Assembly (NCBI RefSeq): GCF_001194135.2
Contig: NC_068982.1
Coordinates: 14,419,216 to 14,470,775 of the forward strand
Reading direction: 5' to 3'
Length of the DNA: 51,560 nt
Source: Octopus bimaculoides
Taxonomy: Eukaryota
Part shown: positions 11,795 through 22,980 of the stretch, in pieces
Position numbering within the stretch: the stretch's first letter is position 1
Layout of the letters: every line of letters starts with the position of its first letter
Notes under the pieces: model-generated
Seen by the model: only the letters and a program-made list of their open reading frames with translations
What the model was told of the DNA's origin: nothing
Database searches by the model: none
Position numbers and translations under genes: made by a program

Positions 11795-12654
11795 AGGCTT
11801 ACAACGTTTGAGTATGTTCATGGTTCAATCTCATCAATTGATTGATTGATCAACTGAAAATATAGGGAACTGCCACCCTAATATGCCTTCTTAAAAGATG
11901 CAACAAACCAACTGCTTAAGAAGAGAGTTTGAGAAGTATTTCACCTGGATTACTAATCCCTTTTTAATCCCTCTTTGTTTATATGTTGATTGGGAGAGAG
12001 AAGCACAAGACCAAAATGGATGGAGGAAAAGAGTGAACAGTGGTTGAAAGAGAGAGAATGAAACGAGAGAAAATCAGGAGAAAGCTTAGAAAGAATGAAC
12101 CAGTAGCAAATGAAGGAGTGTATATTTTTATACGTGTGATTTGTTGGAGGAAATGTTTAAGTTGTGCAGACCTAGTCAGCCATCAAAGAAGCCATGAGAG
12201 TTGACCCCTTTGTAAATTATGGTGCAGTTATCGTTGACAACAGAACATGTGCAACTTGTGGAAAGGTATACCATTCAGCTGGAGGATTAACCCTTTTGTG
12301 TTCAGATTACTCTGTTAAATGTAATACTTTTTCATTCAAATTGTTTTGAATTAATCATGCGTTATCTTATAGCTTTGAGGTTTCAATGATGTGATTGTTT
12401 ATTTTTAGAATGTCAGTGTAGGTTAGGTGTGAGAGGTTAGATATCACCAGTTTGAATATAAAACATGTAGAATATCTGGGCCAGATATGGCCAGTTTAAA
12501 CACTAAAGGGTTAAAAAGACATGTCAAAAGACTTCATCTGGTACCTGTTCCTTTTGCCAGTCGGCAGAACTGTTCATTATACAATAAAATGCGCAAATCT
12601 TTGGCAGGGCTCAAAAGTCATATAAAGACCTCACATTGCATTATCAATCACTGA
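11795..12654 (+). mobile_element. Degenerate RTE-clade LINE ORF2 C-terminus with three C2H2-like motifs, interrupted by a TTAA MITE
   Basis: Fragments translate to LKDATNQLLKK, DWEREAQDQNGWRKRVNSG, C..CGRKCLSCADLVSHQRSH, CATCGKVYHSAGGL|KRHVKRLH and CSLYNKMRKSLAGLKSHIKTSH, with stops and frameshifts. Confidence 0.72.
12291..12510. mobile_element. piggyBac-type MITE (220 bp), TTAA TSD
   Basis: TTAA 12287-12290 and 12511-12514; ends CCCTTTTGTGTTCAGA / TTTAAACACTAAAGGG. Confidence 0.88.
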
Positions 12655-13045
12655 TTTCAATAGTTATTTCTAGCAATGGTTTTGTTTGTATACACGAAAG
12701 CAGCCACTATATATATATNNNNNNNNNNNNNNNNNNNNNNNNNNNNNNNNNNNNNNNNNNNNNNNNNNNNNNNNNNNNNNNNNNNNNNNNNNNNNNNNNN
12801 NNNNNNNNNNNNNNNNNNNNNNNNNNNNNNNNNNNNNNNNNNNNNNNNNNNNNNNNNNNNNNNNGAAAAGACCGGAAGAGGAGGTGGTGGGGGAAAAGTT
12901 CTTTCTAAGACAGGAGAGTGAAAAAGGGAGATGAATATCTGTGCGTGCGCGAGTGTCTGCGAGTGTGTGTGTGATAACAGAACGTGTGTGTGCGTATGTA
13001 TGTGTGTGTGTGTGTGTGTGTGCATGGTTTGGTGGTTTATCTGTT

Positions 13046-13076
<31 letters not shown>

Positions 13077-13210
13077 ATGACGTAGTGGAAGGAATTAGTA
13101 GTAGGGATGGTTAGTGGATGATATATATAATTGTTTGAGAAAGAAGATTGATTAGAAATTCTCATACAATATAGAGGTTTGGACTTAGAAGTGCTCAAGA
13201 GTTAAATATT

Positions 13211-13445
13211 TAATGTGAAGAAACACAATCTGGTAATTCAGTCCGCAAGCATGACTCCAATTAGAGATGGATTTAAAGGACAATTGTACATGATAAATAT
13301 ATAAATATACAGACATTTTTTTAATAAAAAGAATGTCCGTGTATTTATACATTATTAATTTATGTACAATTGTCCTTTAAATCCATCTCTAATCGGAGTC
13401 ATTCTTTTGGACTGAATTACTAGGTCTTTTGTTTTTTTCACATTA
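13211..13445. mobile_element. Fold-back palindrome (~235 bp, almost no loop)
   Basis: Arms pair around about 13325, including the perfect 32-bp ATTAGAGATGGATTTAAAGGACAATTGTACAT and its reverse complement. Confidence 0.85.
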
Positions 13446-13508
13446 CTTATTTATATATGTATATATAGATATAGATATATGGTAAATGAAATATACAAGA
13501 ATTTATAT

Positions 13509-13621
13509 TTAATCATGACAATTGTTTCGACACATCTAGGCATCGATCTCTCATGTCTGGGACACTTAACAACTGGTTCAGGAGCATCCGGCAGTGCAGA
13601 TGTGTCTCATCAAGTGATAAA
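13509..13621 (-). ncRNA. Hammerhead ribozyme-like motif (type I, C3U variant, long loop II)
   Basis: Minus strand: TTATCAC-TTGATGA-GACACATCT-(60 nt)-AGATGTGTC-GAAA-CAATTG-TC-ATGATTA; 9-bp perfect stem II, palindromic stem III. Confidence 0.65.
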
Positions 13622-14225
13622 CAAGCACAACTCATTACAATAACAATTCCGCAATGTATTTTCTCATTTCACAGAAAGAAAAGCAGCAAAATGATGGAAA
13701 TATCTTCATTTATATAGAAGATGAAAAATAACATCACAGGTGCAAAACAGCGAGAAAAGTATTAAAAATAATTGTTAACAGATAAGGATGTATAAACGCC
13801 TTCATGCAAGCTACATGGTACATGTAAACTCACTTATACAAGCATCCACGAAAATGTAAGCATATTCGCACATGTGGTTTGGTACACTCACGACCACAAA
13901 GGGAGTTAAATAGCTACTTAAGAATGGGGAAGTTAAAGCTAAACTTAATTCATCCATACTTCCAAGTAAATTATGTTAACAGTTACTCAAATTCATTTCC
14001 CTCCACACACACACACACATATAAGCACAGATCTATATATAGGCCATGATCACTTCCACTGCATTGCACACCTTGGGCAATTATTCTCAACTGTAGAAAT
14101 GGACCAACCAAAGCCTTGTCCTTATAAGTAGATTTGGTAGATAAATATATATATATGTATGTGTATACATGTGTGTACATGTACCTGTATATACATGTGT
14201 GTGTGTGAGTGTGTGTGTGTATGTA

Positions 14226-14263
<38 letters not shown>

Positions 14264-14629
14264 CGTGTGAGTGGACAAACGAAAGAAGGGAACTCAACAC
14301 ATTTATTGGGAGTTACATGTATAGATGAAAACAGTTTGATTCAAATTCATTGGTACTCCGAGTTTCAGATGTGATGCTAGTTTTCAGCCATTTTGAATTT
14401 GAATGAAAGAAGTTGATCGTTATTACCATACGATTGGTTGAGGAAGGTCATGTGGTGTTGTGGTTTGATGTTGGTATATCAGTATATCAGTGACAACAGT
14501 TAGCTGGAAAATACTGCATGGTGAACAGGATATGTATGTATATGTATATGTATGCATGTATGTACATTTGTGTGTGTGTACGTGTGTGTGTGAGTGTGTG
14601 TGCGTGTGTGTGTGTATGTGTGTGTGTGT

Positions 14630-14815
14630 GTGTATATCTTTGTGTTTGTATTTAACTCCACCGTTGCTTAACAACTGGTGTTTGTTTAAGTCCCCACAAC
14701 TTGGGTATTCAGCAAAAGAGACCAACAGAACAAGTACCAGGCTGAAAAAAGTACATACTAAATTGTTCAAGGCAGTGACCTAGCATGACCTACATCTAAC
14801 AACTGAAACAAGCAA
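14630..14815 (+). mobile_element. Family B SINE 3' half, degenerate
   Basis: GGTGTTTGTTTAAGTCCCC...CAGCAAAAGAGACCAACAGAACAAGTACCAGGCT...CTGAAACAAG after a (TG)n tract. Confidence 0.75.
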
Positions 14816-14938
14816 AGCACAAAAGATAAAATGTTAAATATTTGACTTTGTATTAACCAAACAAGTCAACAAAAGTCAGTTATTTTTTAATGTATCATCC
14901 ACATTGATACATTAAAAAAAAATGTAACATCCACATTG

Positions 14939-15259
14939 GTGAAGGCACATGACTCAGTGGTTAGAGCGTCAAGCTTACGATCGTAAGATTGTGAGTTCAA
15001 ATCCCGGACCAGGCTGCATGTTGTGTTCTTGAGTAAGACTCTTTATTTCACTTTGCTCCTGTTCACTCAGCTGTAGAAATGAGTTGTGATATCACTGGTA
15101 TCAGTCTGTATCAGCCTTTGCCTTTCCCTTGGATAACATCAGTGGCATAGAGAGGGGCGATTGCTGGCCTTCCATAAACAAACTTGCTCGGACTTGTGCC
15201 TGGAAGGGGAACTTTCTAGGTGCAATCCCATGGTCATTCATAACCGAAGGGGGTCTCAG
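14939..15259 (+). mobile_element. Family D tRNA-head CORE-like SINE, full length, 11-bp TSD
   Basis: A-box TGACTCAGTGG, B-box GAGTTCAAATCC, CORE-like TTCTTGAGTAAGACTCTTTATTTCAC...CAGCTGTAGAAATGAG; TSD CATCCACATTG at 14928-14938 and 15260-15270. Confidence 0.9.
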
Positions 15260-15824
15260 CATCCACATTGACTATCACTACTACACTGATATTTTGAAAG
15301 TGGATCCTTTACTGTCGGCTTGTCTGGGAACATATTCTAACTCAAATTTTTGCGTAACTGATTTCATTTTTTTCTATAATCTGTTACTTATTCAGCAATG
15401 ACATATTAAATAGGACCACATACTTCATATAGAAATAATATTAACACCTCACCAATTCTTCTCACAGAGAGAAAAAGAAACAACAACAACAACAACAACA
15501 ACAACACAATTTCTTATTTTGCATTGTAACCATTGATAAAATAATTTAGCAAAACTTCTTAGCTTCAGTAGTTTTTGAGATATGAGAGCAGACACTCATG
15601 TGATCATTCAATCAAATAAACACGATAAGGAAATTGCATATGTATGTATTCAAAGAAAAGAAATCTCGAAGACGGTTTTCAAAAACATAAAAAATATAAA
15701 ATGAAAATTTGACTTATTTAGATGTAAAAATAGAGTACACCTAGGTTATACATATACAAAATATACATGCTCATACATGTTTATATATACACACACCTAC
15801 ATACATACATACATACACACACAG

Positions 15825-15861
<37 letters not shown>

Positions 15862-16013
15862 AACACATAAATATATATACCCAAGCATTTAATATACATA
15901 TCTGTGTGTGTGTATATATATATGTATATATATAAACACATATAGATATATATACCCAAGTATTTTATATAAATATCTGTGTGTGTGTGTGTGTGTGTGT
16001 GTGTATACATATA

Positions 16014-16047
<34 letters not shown>

Positions 16048-16520
16048 NNNNNNNNNNNNNNNNNNNNNNNNNNNNNNNNNNNNNNNNNNNNNNNNNNNNN
16101 NNNNNNNNNNNNNNNNNNNNNNNNNNNNNNNNNNNNNNNNNNNNNNNNNNNNNNNNNNNNNNNNNNNNNNNNNNNNNNNNNNNNNNNNNNNNNNNNNNNN
16201 NNNNNNNNNNNNNNNNNNNNNNNNNNNNNNNNNNNNNNNNNNNNNNNNNNNNNNNNNNNNNNNNNNNNNNNNNNNNNNNNNNNNNNNNNNNNNNNNNNNN
16301 NNNNNNNNNNNNNNNNNNNNNNNNNNNNNNNNNNNNNNNNNNNNNNNNNNNNNNNNNNNNNNNNNNNNNNNNNNNNNNNNNNNNNNNNNNNNNNNNNNNN
16401 NNNNNNNNNNNNNNNNNNNNNNNNNNNNNNNNNNNNNNNNNNNNNNNNNNNNNNNNNNNNNNNNNNNNNNNNNNNNNNNNNNNNNNNNNNNNNNNNNNNN
16501 NNNNNNNNNNNNNNNNNNNN

Positions 16521-16584
<64 letters not shown>

Positions 16585-17354
16585 CATCAATAGCAACAGC
16601 AACAACAACAACGAACACATATGCACACGCACACATATGTGCATGTGCATATGTGTCTGTGTGTTTAAAACAAAAATAAGCAAATGAGCTAAGAAATATA
16701 ACTTAGAGTGGCCAGTGGCAGCAATTTGAATAACAAAGACAAATGAAGGTACATCAAAATCCATACATGATAAACTGCTGATTTATTGAAATAATCTTCA
16801 CTTTTACAGAAGGTAAAACAAATGCCTGGTGGGGATTGTGACTAACTCCAAAGGAGAGAGTGAGATAATCCCAAGAATGAACAATTCTCTGGAACTGACA
16901 TTCCATTAGCAAAAAATAATCTGACTGTTTGGAGACAAAAAAAAGGTAACTGTGGACATGTTTTTATCTTGATTATCATCATCAGAATTCCTACACCTAA
17001 TATACAAACCAGAAACATTGTACAAATGATTAACCAGAAGTCCCACAATACCACTCTCTACACAGGCCGATTGCAACACCTCATATTGTTGATCCTAAAA
17101 GAGCAGATCTTTCATAGGAGTACAACCGTGACTAACTCATTCTATTTACAGCAATAGTATTCTCTTGACTACATTATCTATGGTTCTTTTTTATAAGATA
17201 TATAGTGTAGTTTAAAGAGAGACCTAGTTACTATTTATTGGAGATCTACTGACCATGCAGAGGTTTTCCGCTTCCTTTCATATTACTGGTCACTATCATT
17301 ATAATAAAGATGACATAAACAAAACAATAATTCTCTCTATTGTAAGCATAAAGC

Positions 17355-17530
17355 CTGAAATTAAATCGACCCCAGTGTATGACTGGTACTTGTGTCATCA
17401 ACAGTAAAGTCACAGAATTTGAATTCATTTTAAGTGGCAGAATTTGAACTCAGAACGTAAAGACGGACAAAATGCGACAAAGCATTTCTATCCAGCATGC
17501 TAATGATTCTGCCAGCTCCCTGCCTTAAAC
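17355..17530 (-). mobile_element. Family C SINE, internally deleted
   Basis: ATCGACCCCAGTG...ACTGGTACTT...GAATTTGAACTCAGAACGTAAAGAC...GCTAATGATTCTGCCAGCTC. Confidence 0.82.
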
Positions 17531-17906
17531 AAAACAATAATAGAATAATGAAAATAATAATAAAATAATAAGATAATAAAAAGAATTTACAAAAATGATA
17601 AACTTCAACCAAAAAGTGCAGTAAAAGGATAGTTGCAGTAAAAATATCATAATTCTATTTATCCGTTTTGTAAAGCAGACATTAATCTCCTGTAGGAATA
17701 TTGTTGGAATTCTTCAGTAAAACATTTATTTCCAGTCAAACCGATTTAGATGACTGAATAATTTATTAACTGAGAACTGCAGACAAAGATGAATCTCTGA
17801 GTGTAGGCAGCTTTGTCAATGCCATTCTACATGGGAGTGATATAGTTAAAGCTGATATCTTCATGTTTTTACATTAGCAATTTCAATGCCATGTACACAC
17901 CTTTCT

Positions 17907-17948
<42 letters not shown>

Positions 17949-18307
17949 NNNNNNNNNNNNNNNNNNNNNNNNNNNNNNNNNNNNNNNNNNNNNNNNNNNN
18001 NNNNNNNNNNNNNNNNNNNNNNNNNNNNNNNNNNNNNNNNNNNNNNNNNNNNNNAAGCAACAAAGATATCCAGAGGTAATGCAGTACGATCGTTTCATGC
18101 AACTCCATTTAATTGGACAATGTAATCATTACATCAATTTAAAATGCAGAGCAATCCTCAGCTGCACAAAGACATAGAATTTAATTAAATTAGAACAGAT
18201 GGACAGATTAGTATAATTATACCTAAAATCTCCAAGAAGTTAAGGAGATAGACAAAGAACATGTTGCCTCTACTACAACATAGAAGTTAATAAAGAAGTT
18301 AGCACCG

Positions 18308-18474
18308 CCTACATTCTCGGAGTGGTTGGCGTTAGGAGGAGCATCCAGCTGTAGAAACTCTGCCAGATCAGATTGGAGCCTGGTGTAGCCATCTGGTTCA
18401 CCAGTCCTCAGTCAAATCGTCCAACCCATGCTAGCATGGGAAGCGGACGTTAAACGATGATGATGATGGTGATG

Positions 18475-18477
<3 letters not shown>
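18308..18477 (+). mobile_element. Family A retroposon, 5'-truncated
   Basis: GGTTGGCGTTAGGAGGAGCATCCAGCTGTAGAAAC...CATGCTAGCATGGGAAGCGGACGTTAAACGATGATG. Confidence 0.92.
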
Positions 18478-18506
<29 letters not shown>

Positions 18507-18574
18507 CATATGGCATAATTATAAACAGGGAAAATTTTAGCCATTCCTTCGCAGAATGAAAAAAAAGGATGAAC

Positions 18575-18619
18575 AACGTTAATCGATTTTCGAACCTTAT
18601 TGGATTCTCAACAGAGGCG
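18575..18619 (-). ncRNA. Hammerhead ribozyme-like motif (minimal type I, A6U variant)
   Basis: Minus strand: CGCCT-CTGTTGA-GAATC-CAATAA-GGTTC-GAAA-ATCGAT-TA-ACGTT; palindromic stem III AATCGATT; stem I poor. Confidence 0.45.
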
Positions 18620-19209
18620 TCTACATCATTCTATGCACATACACATATATACAGACACGCATACATACAAACATACATACATACATGCATGCATACACAC
18701 ACACAGACACAAATACATACATACATGCATGCATACATACTTAGGGACACCTACAAGTGTGACCTATCACATGTTAGAGAGTATAACACATCGGTGGGTT
18801 TGCTTGCAGTCATTTGACAGACCATTTACATAATACAATCAATCAACAACTTGAAAGTTATTACATTGCTATCCAGCTGTTTGATCCCAATCTCTTTTCT
18901 CTTTGATTTTTCTTTATAAAATACTTTTTCTTTCATGTTGCTGGTAGTTCACTCGGTGAATGACACATGGAACAGCGCCAGGCTGCATAATTAAAACCAA
19001 AAATAGACTACGAAAAATGCATAACTTTCAAAAGGAAATTTTGCTGCTAAAAATGCAAAATTTTGAAAGTGGAAAACGATTTCTTTGTCTTTATGTTTTT
19101 ACTTATCTTTTTTTATTCTTTTACAGGTTTCTACCACTGGACTGTGACCATGCCGGGGCACTGCTTAAGTAACCATTAATAACAAGATTTCAGATATTTT
19201 AGTTGGCAA

Positions 19210-19348
19210 AGGCGTGGCTGTGTGGTCGGAAGCTTATTTTCCAACCACATGGTTCCAGGTTCAGTCTCATTATATGGCACCTTTGGCAAGTGTCTACTAA
19301 AGTCTTGTGAGTGGATTTGGTAAACAGAAACTGAAAGAAGCCCATCAT
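19210..19348 (+). mobile_element. Family B SINE 5' half
   Basis: GTGGCTGTGTGG...CCACATGGTTCCAGGTTCAGTC...GGCAAGTGTC...GAAACTGAAAGAAGCCC. Confidence 0.85.
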
Positions 19349-19351
19349 GAT

Positions 19352-19574
19352 ACTTATTTGATACCAACCCTGCTGAAACCACGTCTGGCTCTGGAGTACA
19401 AATGTCTTGTTTTCAAAAGTTCTGAATTTAAATCTTCCACCAAACCTTAGTCACAATTTATATTCCTAACACTAGCTTAATGATAACTAAGTTATTTTAC
19501 TAAATTCTTTGTTATATTTAAAATTAATTGAAAGAAACACAGAGCAACTCAACAGAAATAAGGTAACAAAAGGT
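19352..19574. mobile_element. piggyBac-type MITE (same family as 21680 and 21922)
   Basis: About 90% similar to 21680-21901; right end GGTAACAAAAGGT-TTAA, left end eroded. Confidence 0.85.
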
Positions 19575-19654
19575 TTAATTGACTATACCCATCTTCAAAA
19601 AATGTGTTGCCTTATACTTCAGTTAGAAATCCTTAATATTATCATCGTCGTTAA

Positions 19655-20318
19655 GGCAGTGAACTGGCATAATCGTTAGCAGGCCAGTCAAAATGCTTAG
19701 CAGCATGTCTCTCAGTTCTTTACATTCTGAGTTCAAATTCTGCCAAGGTCAACTTTGCCTTTCATCCTTTCAGGGTCGATAAAATTAAGTACCATTTCAT
19801 CATTGGGGTCACTATACTTGATTTACCTACCCCTGAAATTGCTGGCCTTGTGCCAAAATTTGAAATCCTTATTGTCATTACTATAAGGCAAACAAGCTGG
19901 CAGAATCATTAGCATGCTGGACAAAATACTTAGCAGCATTTCATTTGTCTTTACACTTCGAGTTCAAATTCTGCTGGGGTTGACTCTGCCTTTCATCTTT
20001 TTAGGGTCAACAAAATAAATACCAGTCAAGTACTGGGGTCTATGAAATCAACTTACTCCTTCATTCAAAATAAAAGCAGAAAGAGTTATTATCATAATTA
20101 TAAAAGTTGTGAATAGGCATAATTATTAGAGCATCAGAGAGGAAAAAAAGACCATTTTGTGATATTTGTTCTGGTCTATTATGTTCTGAGTTCAAATCCT
20201 GCAAAGGCCAACTTTGCTTTTTAATTCTCTCAGGTTAAAGTATAGGAGGTGAGTAATCTTGTAACTCCCTCCTTACAAATTTTTTGGTTCGTACCTATGT
20301 TGAGATCAATCATTATTA
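19655..20318 (+). mobile_element. Three head-to-tail family C SINEs
   Basis: Heads at about 19655, 19886 and 20112, each followed by a (TCT/TTC)GAGTTCAAAT B-box and an ACT(C/T)TGC(C/T)TTT block. Confidence 0.8.
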
Positions 20319-21679
20319 TAACGAGTTTGATACTCGTTGCTTTGCTGATGACAAGGTGATAAAATTTTTAATTTAAACTGTATATTCATTGGAAATACTG
20401 CCTTTAATACAAAATATCTTCAGTTTAAATACAGAAAAGCTCTGAAAGAATTTTATAAAGTCTACAGTAAAATAGATGGTATGTAAAGTGTATTTTAACC
20501 TGGTAAATTATTATTATTGAGATAGTCTTTTTCAGTAGAGGATTAATGAATGGTCATTTAATATTGTTTAACTAAAATTGATATCTTGCTCAGAGATTTA
20601 ACATAGCTTATTTCTCCTTTTTAAAATTGATTATTTTAATATTTTATTTATATTCTGCAAGCTTAGTACTTACACTGTACAATATTAACATTTATTTAGA
20701 TGACATCTTTATAAACAATGCTCTTAGTCACAATTCTGTTTTCATCACTATAATGTGTCTCTCTGCTCTCTGGCTGATTTGATGGCGATTTGGTTACTAT
20801 TTTTAGCATTTGATTAACCACATAAAAAAGCTCTCTCATTTGTAAATATATGTCTTTTTAACAGTAATATTTGCAGCAGATGATGAATGTCTATAGGAAA
20901 TTTTTTAAATAATTTTATCCAAAATATTAATGTAATATTTTAGCAAAATAGTTGATTGATAAGTTGCTGTGAATTATTTTTATTCACAATATGAAATGCT
21001 TTCACAATATGTCTTATTAATAATTTCACAGTTGTCATATATCAACAGATATTTAATTGGAAAATAATATATATATCTCTTACAAATAACTGAATTAACT
21101 GCTTTACTGACTGAAGACGTTTATAAAATAGTTTACCTATCTTAAATAAGTAATTTTTAGTGGCAGAAGAAATTGTATTCAATAAATCAAAGTAATTTAA
21201 ACTGTTTTCTTAGCAAACATGTCACTATCTACAATACCATTCTCTTTCTTCTTCCAATCTTCTAATCTTTATCTTTTTCCTTTCATTACACAATCAATAG
21301 TATTTGTTTGAGAGTGAAATATTCATGGACATTTTTTTCTAAAGGCATGACAGATATAAGTAAACCTTATTTTCACTTGTTACATGTGTGAATTCACTGA
21401 ATAAATTGAATACATTCGTTATTTTTTATTTTGTTTCTCCAAATAATTTTCCTGAAAATCATCTTGGTATCAAGATGAACAGACATATGGACAAAGAAAG
21501 ATGGCTCTTATAATAATATTGATTATGTCTAAGTAACAATAATGGTGAAGAGATAAGTTCTTAGTAAACCAAATTTATAACTCTCGTTTGGTTATCAGTA
21601 GAAAGAATATCTTAAATTCTAGTGGATTATGTTTCAGGTAAGCACAAGCATTATAAATTCTTACTTCTGCACATCTTAA

Positions 21680-21901
21680 CCCTTTTGATACCACTCTGGC
21701 TAAAACCACCTCTGGCTCTGTAGTACAAATGTCTTGTTTTCAAAAGTTCTCAATAAAAATTTTCCACCAAACCTTAGTCACAATTTATGTTCCTAACACC
21801 AGCTTAATGACAACTAAGTTATTTTACTAAATTCTTTGTTATATTTAAAATTAATTGAAAGAAACACAGAGCATCTCAGTAGATATATGGTATCGAAAGG
21901 G
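21680..21901. mobile_element. piggyBac-type MITE
   Basis: TTAA 21676-21679, CCCTTTTGATACC ... GGTATCGAAAGGG, followed by TTGA. Confidence 0.88.
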
Positions 21902-21921
21902 TTGACAAATGATTAATTTAA

Positions 21922-22142
21922 CCCTTTCAATACCAACCTGTCTGAAACCGCCTCTGGCTCTGAATACAAATGTCTTGTTTTCAAAAGTTTTGAATTAAAA
22001 TCTTCCACCAAACCTTAGTCACAATTTATGTTCCTAACACTAGCTGAATGATAACTAAGTTATTTTACTAAATTCTTTGTTATATTTAAAATTAATTGAA
22101 AGAAACACAGAACATCTCAACAGAAATATGGTAACAAAAGGA
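21922..22142. mobile_element. piggyBac-type MITE, adjacent second copy
   Basis: TTAA 21918-21921, CCCTTTCAATACC ... GGTAACAAAAGGA; same body as the preceding copy. Confidence 0.88.
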
Positions 22143-22364
22143 TTAGAGCATGTAATAACTTCATCTCATGAGAAAGAAGAATTTTTATAGCAAAATAATA
22201 GTTATTATTAAAGAGGTGACATTGTAAAGTTCACAAGATACTGGACAACCAAAGCAATGTCTATAAGTTTAGACCGCATAGTAAGCATTTTATTTTAGCA
22301 GCAGAAAAACAAACAAGTGATGAGGATATTGGGCCTCACAGATGATATCACACAAAACATGATA

Positions 22365-22462
22365 AACGATGATGATGATGACGATGACAACATCAATGAA
22401 GACAGTGGTAGTGGTAGTAGCAATCGCCATGATGGTGATGATGATGCTGATGATGATGATAG

Positions 22463-22498
<36 letters not shown>

Positions 22499-22785
22499 GG
22501 AGGAGGAGGAGGAGGAGGANNNNNNNNNNNNNNNNNNNNNNNNNNNNNNNNNNNNNNNNNNNNNNNNNNNNNNNNNNNNNNNNNNNNNNNNNNNNNNNNN
22601 NNNNNNNNNNNNNNNNNNNNNNNNNNNNNNNNNNNNNNNNNNNNNNNNNNNNNNNNNNNNNNNNNNNNNNNNNNNNNNNNNNNNNNNNNNNNNNNNNNNN
22701 NNNNNNNNNNNNNNNNNNNNNNNNNNNNNNNNNNNNNNNNNNNNNNNNNNNNNNNNNNTTATAGTTCATGGAGAAAAAGAGCATC

Positions 22786-22817
<32 letters not shown>

Positions 22818-22910
22818 CAGCAGTAGCAGTAGCAGCAGCATTTGAGTCGGTGGTGGTGGTGGTGGTGGTGGTGCTGGTAGTGGTGCTGGTACTGGTGGTG
22901 GCGCTGGTGC

Positions 22911-22941
<31 letters not shown>

Positions 22942-22980
22942 GGTGGTTGTGTTGGTGTTTGTGGCAGCGACGGTGGTGGG
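22365..22980. repeat. (GAT)/(GAG)/(GTA)/(GGT) microsatellite block spanning a gap
   Basis: Direct reading. Confidence 0.93.

Noticed and set aside
12120-12654. Host C2H2 zinc-finger gene
   Set aside because: No TGEKP-type linkers, stops and frameshifts present, and RTE ORF2 motifs lie directly upstream; treated as a LINE remnant
14939-15010. tRNA gene (also at 43737 and the B/C heads)
   Set aside because: A/B boxes are present but there is no complete cloverleaf, and each continues into a SINE body with TSDs
15855-15990. Duplicated ~60-bp unit AAACACATA.ATATATATACCCAAG.ATTT.ATA.A.ATATCTGTG
   Set aside because: Minisatellite-like expansion inside a (TA)/(CA) microsatellite field next to a gap
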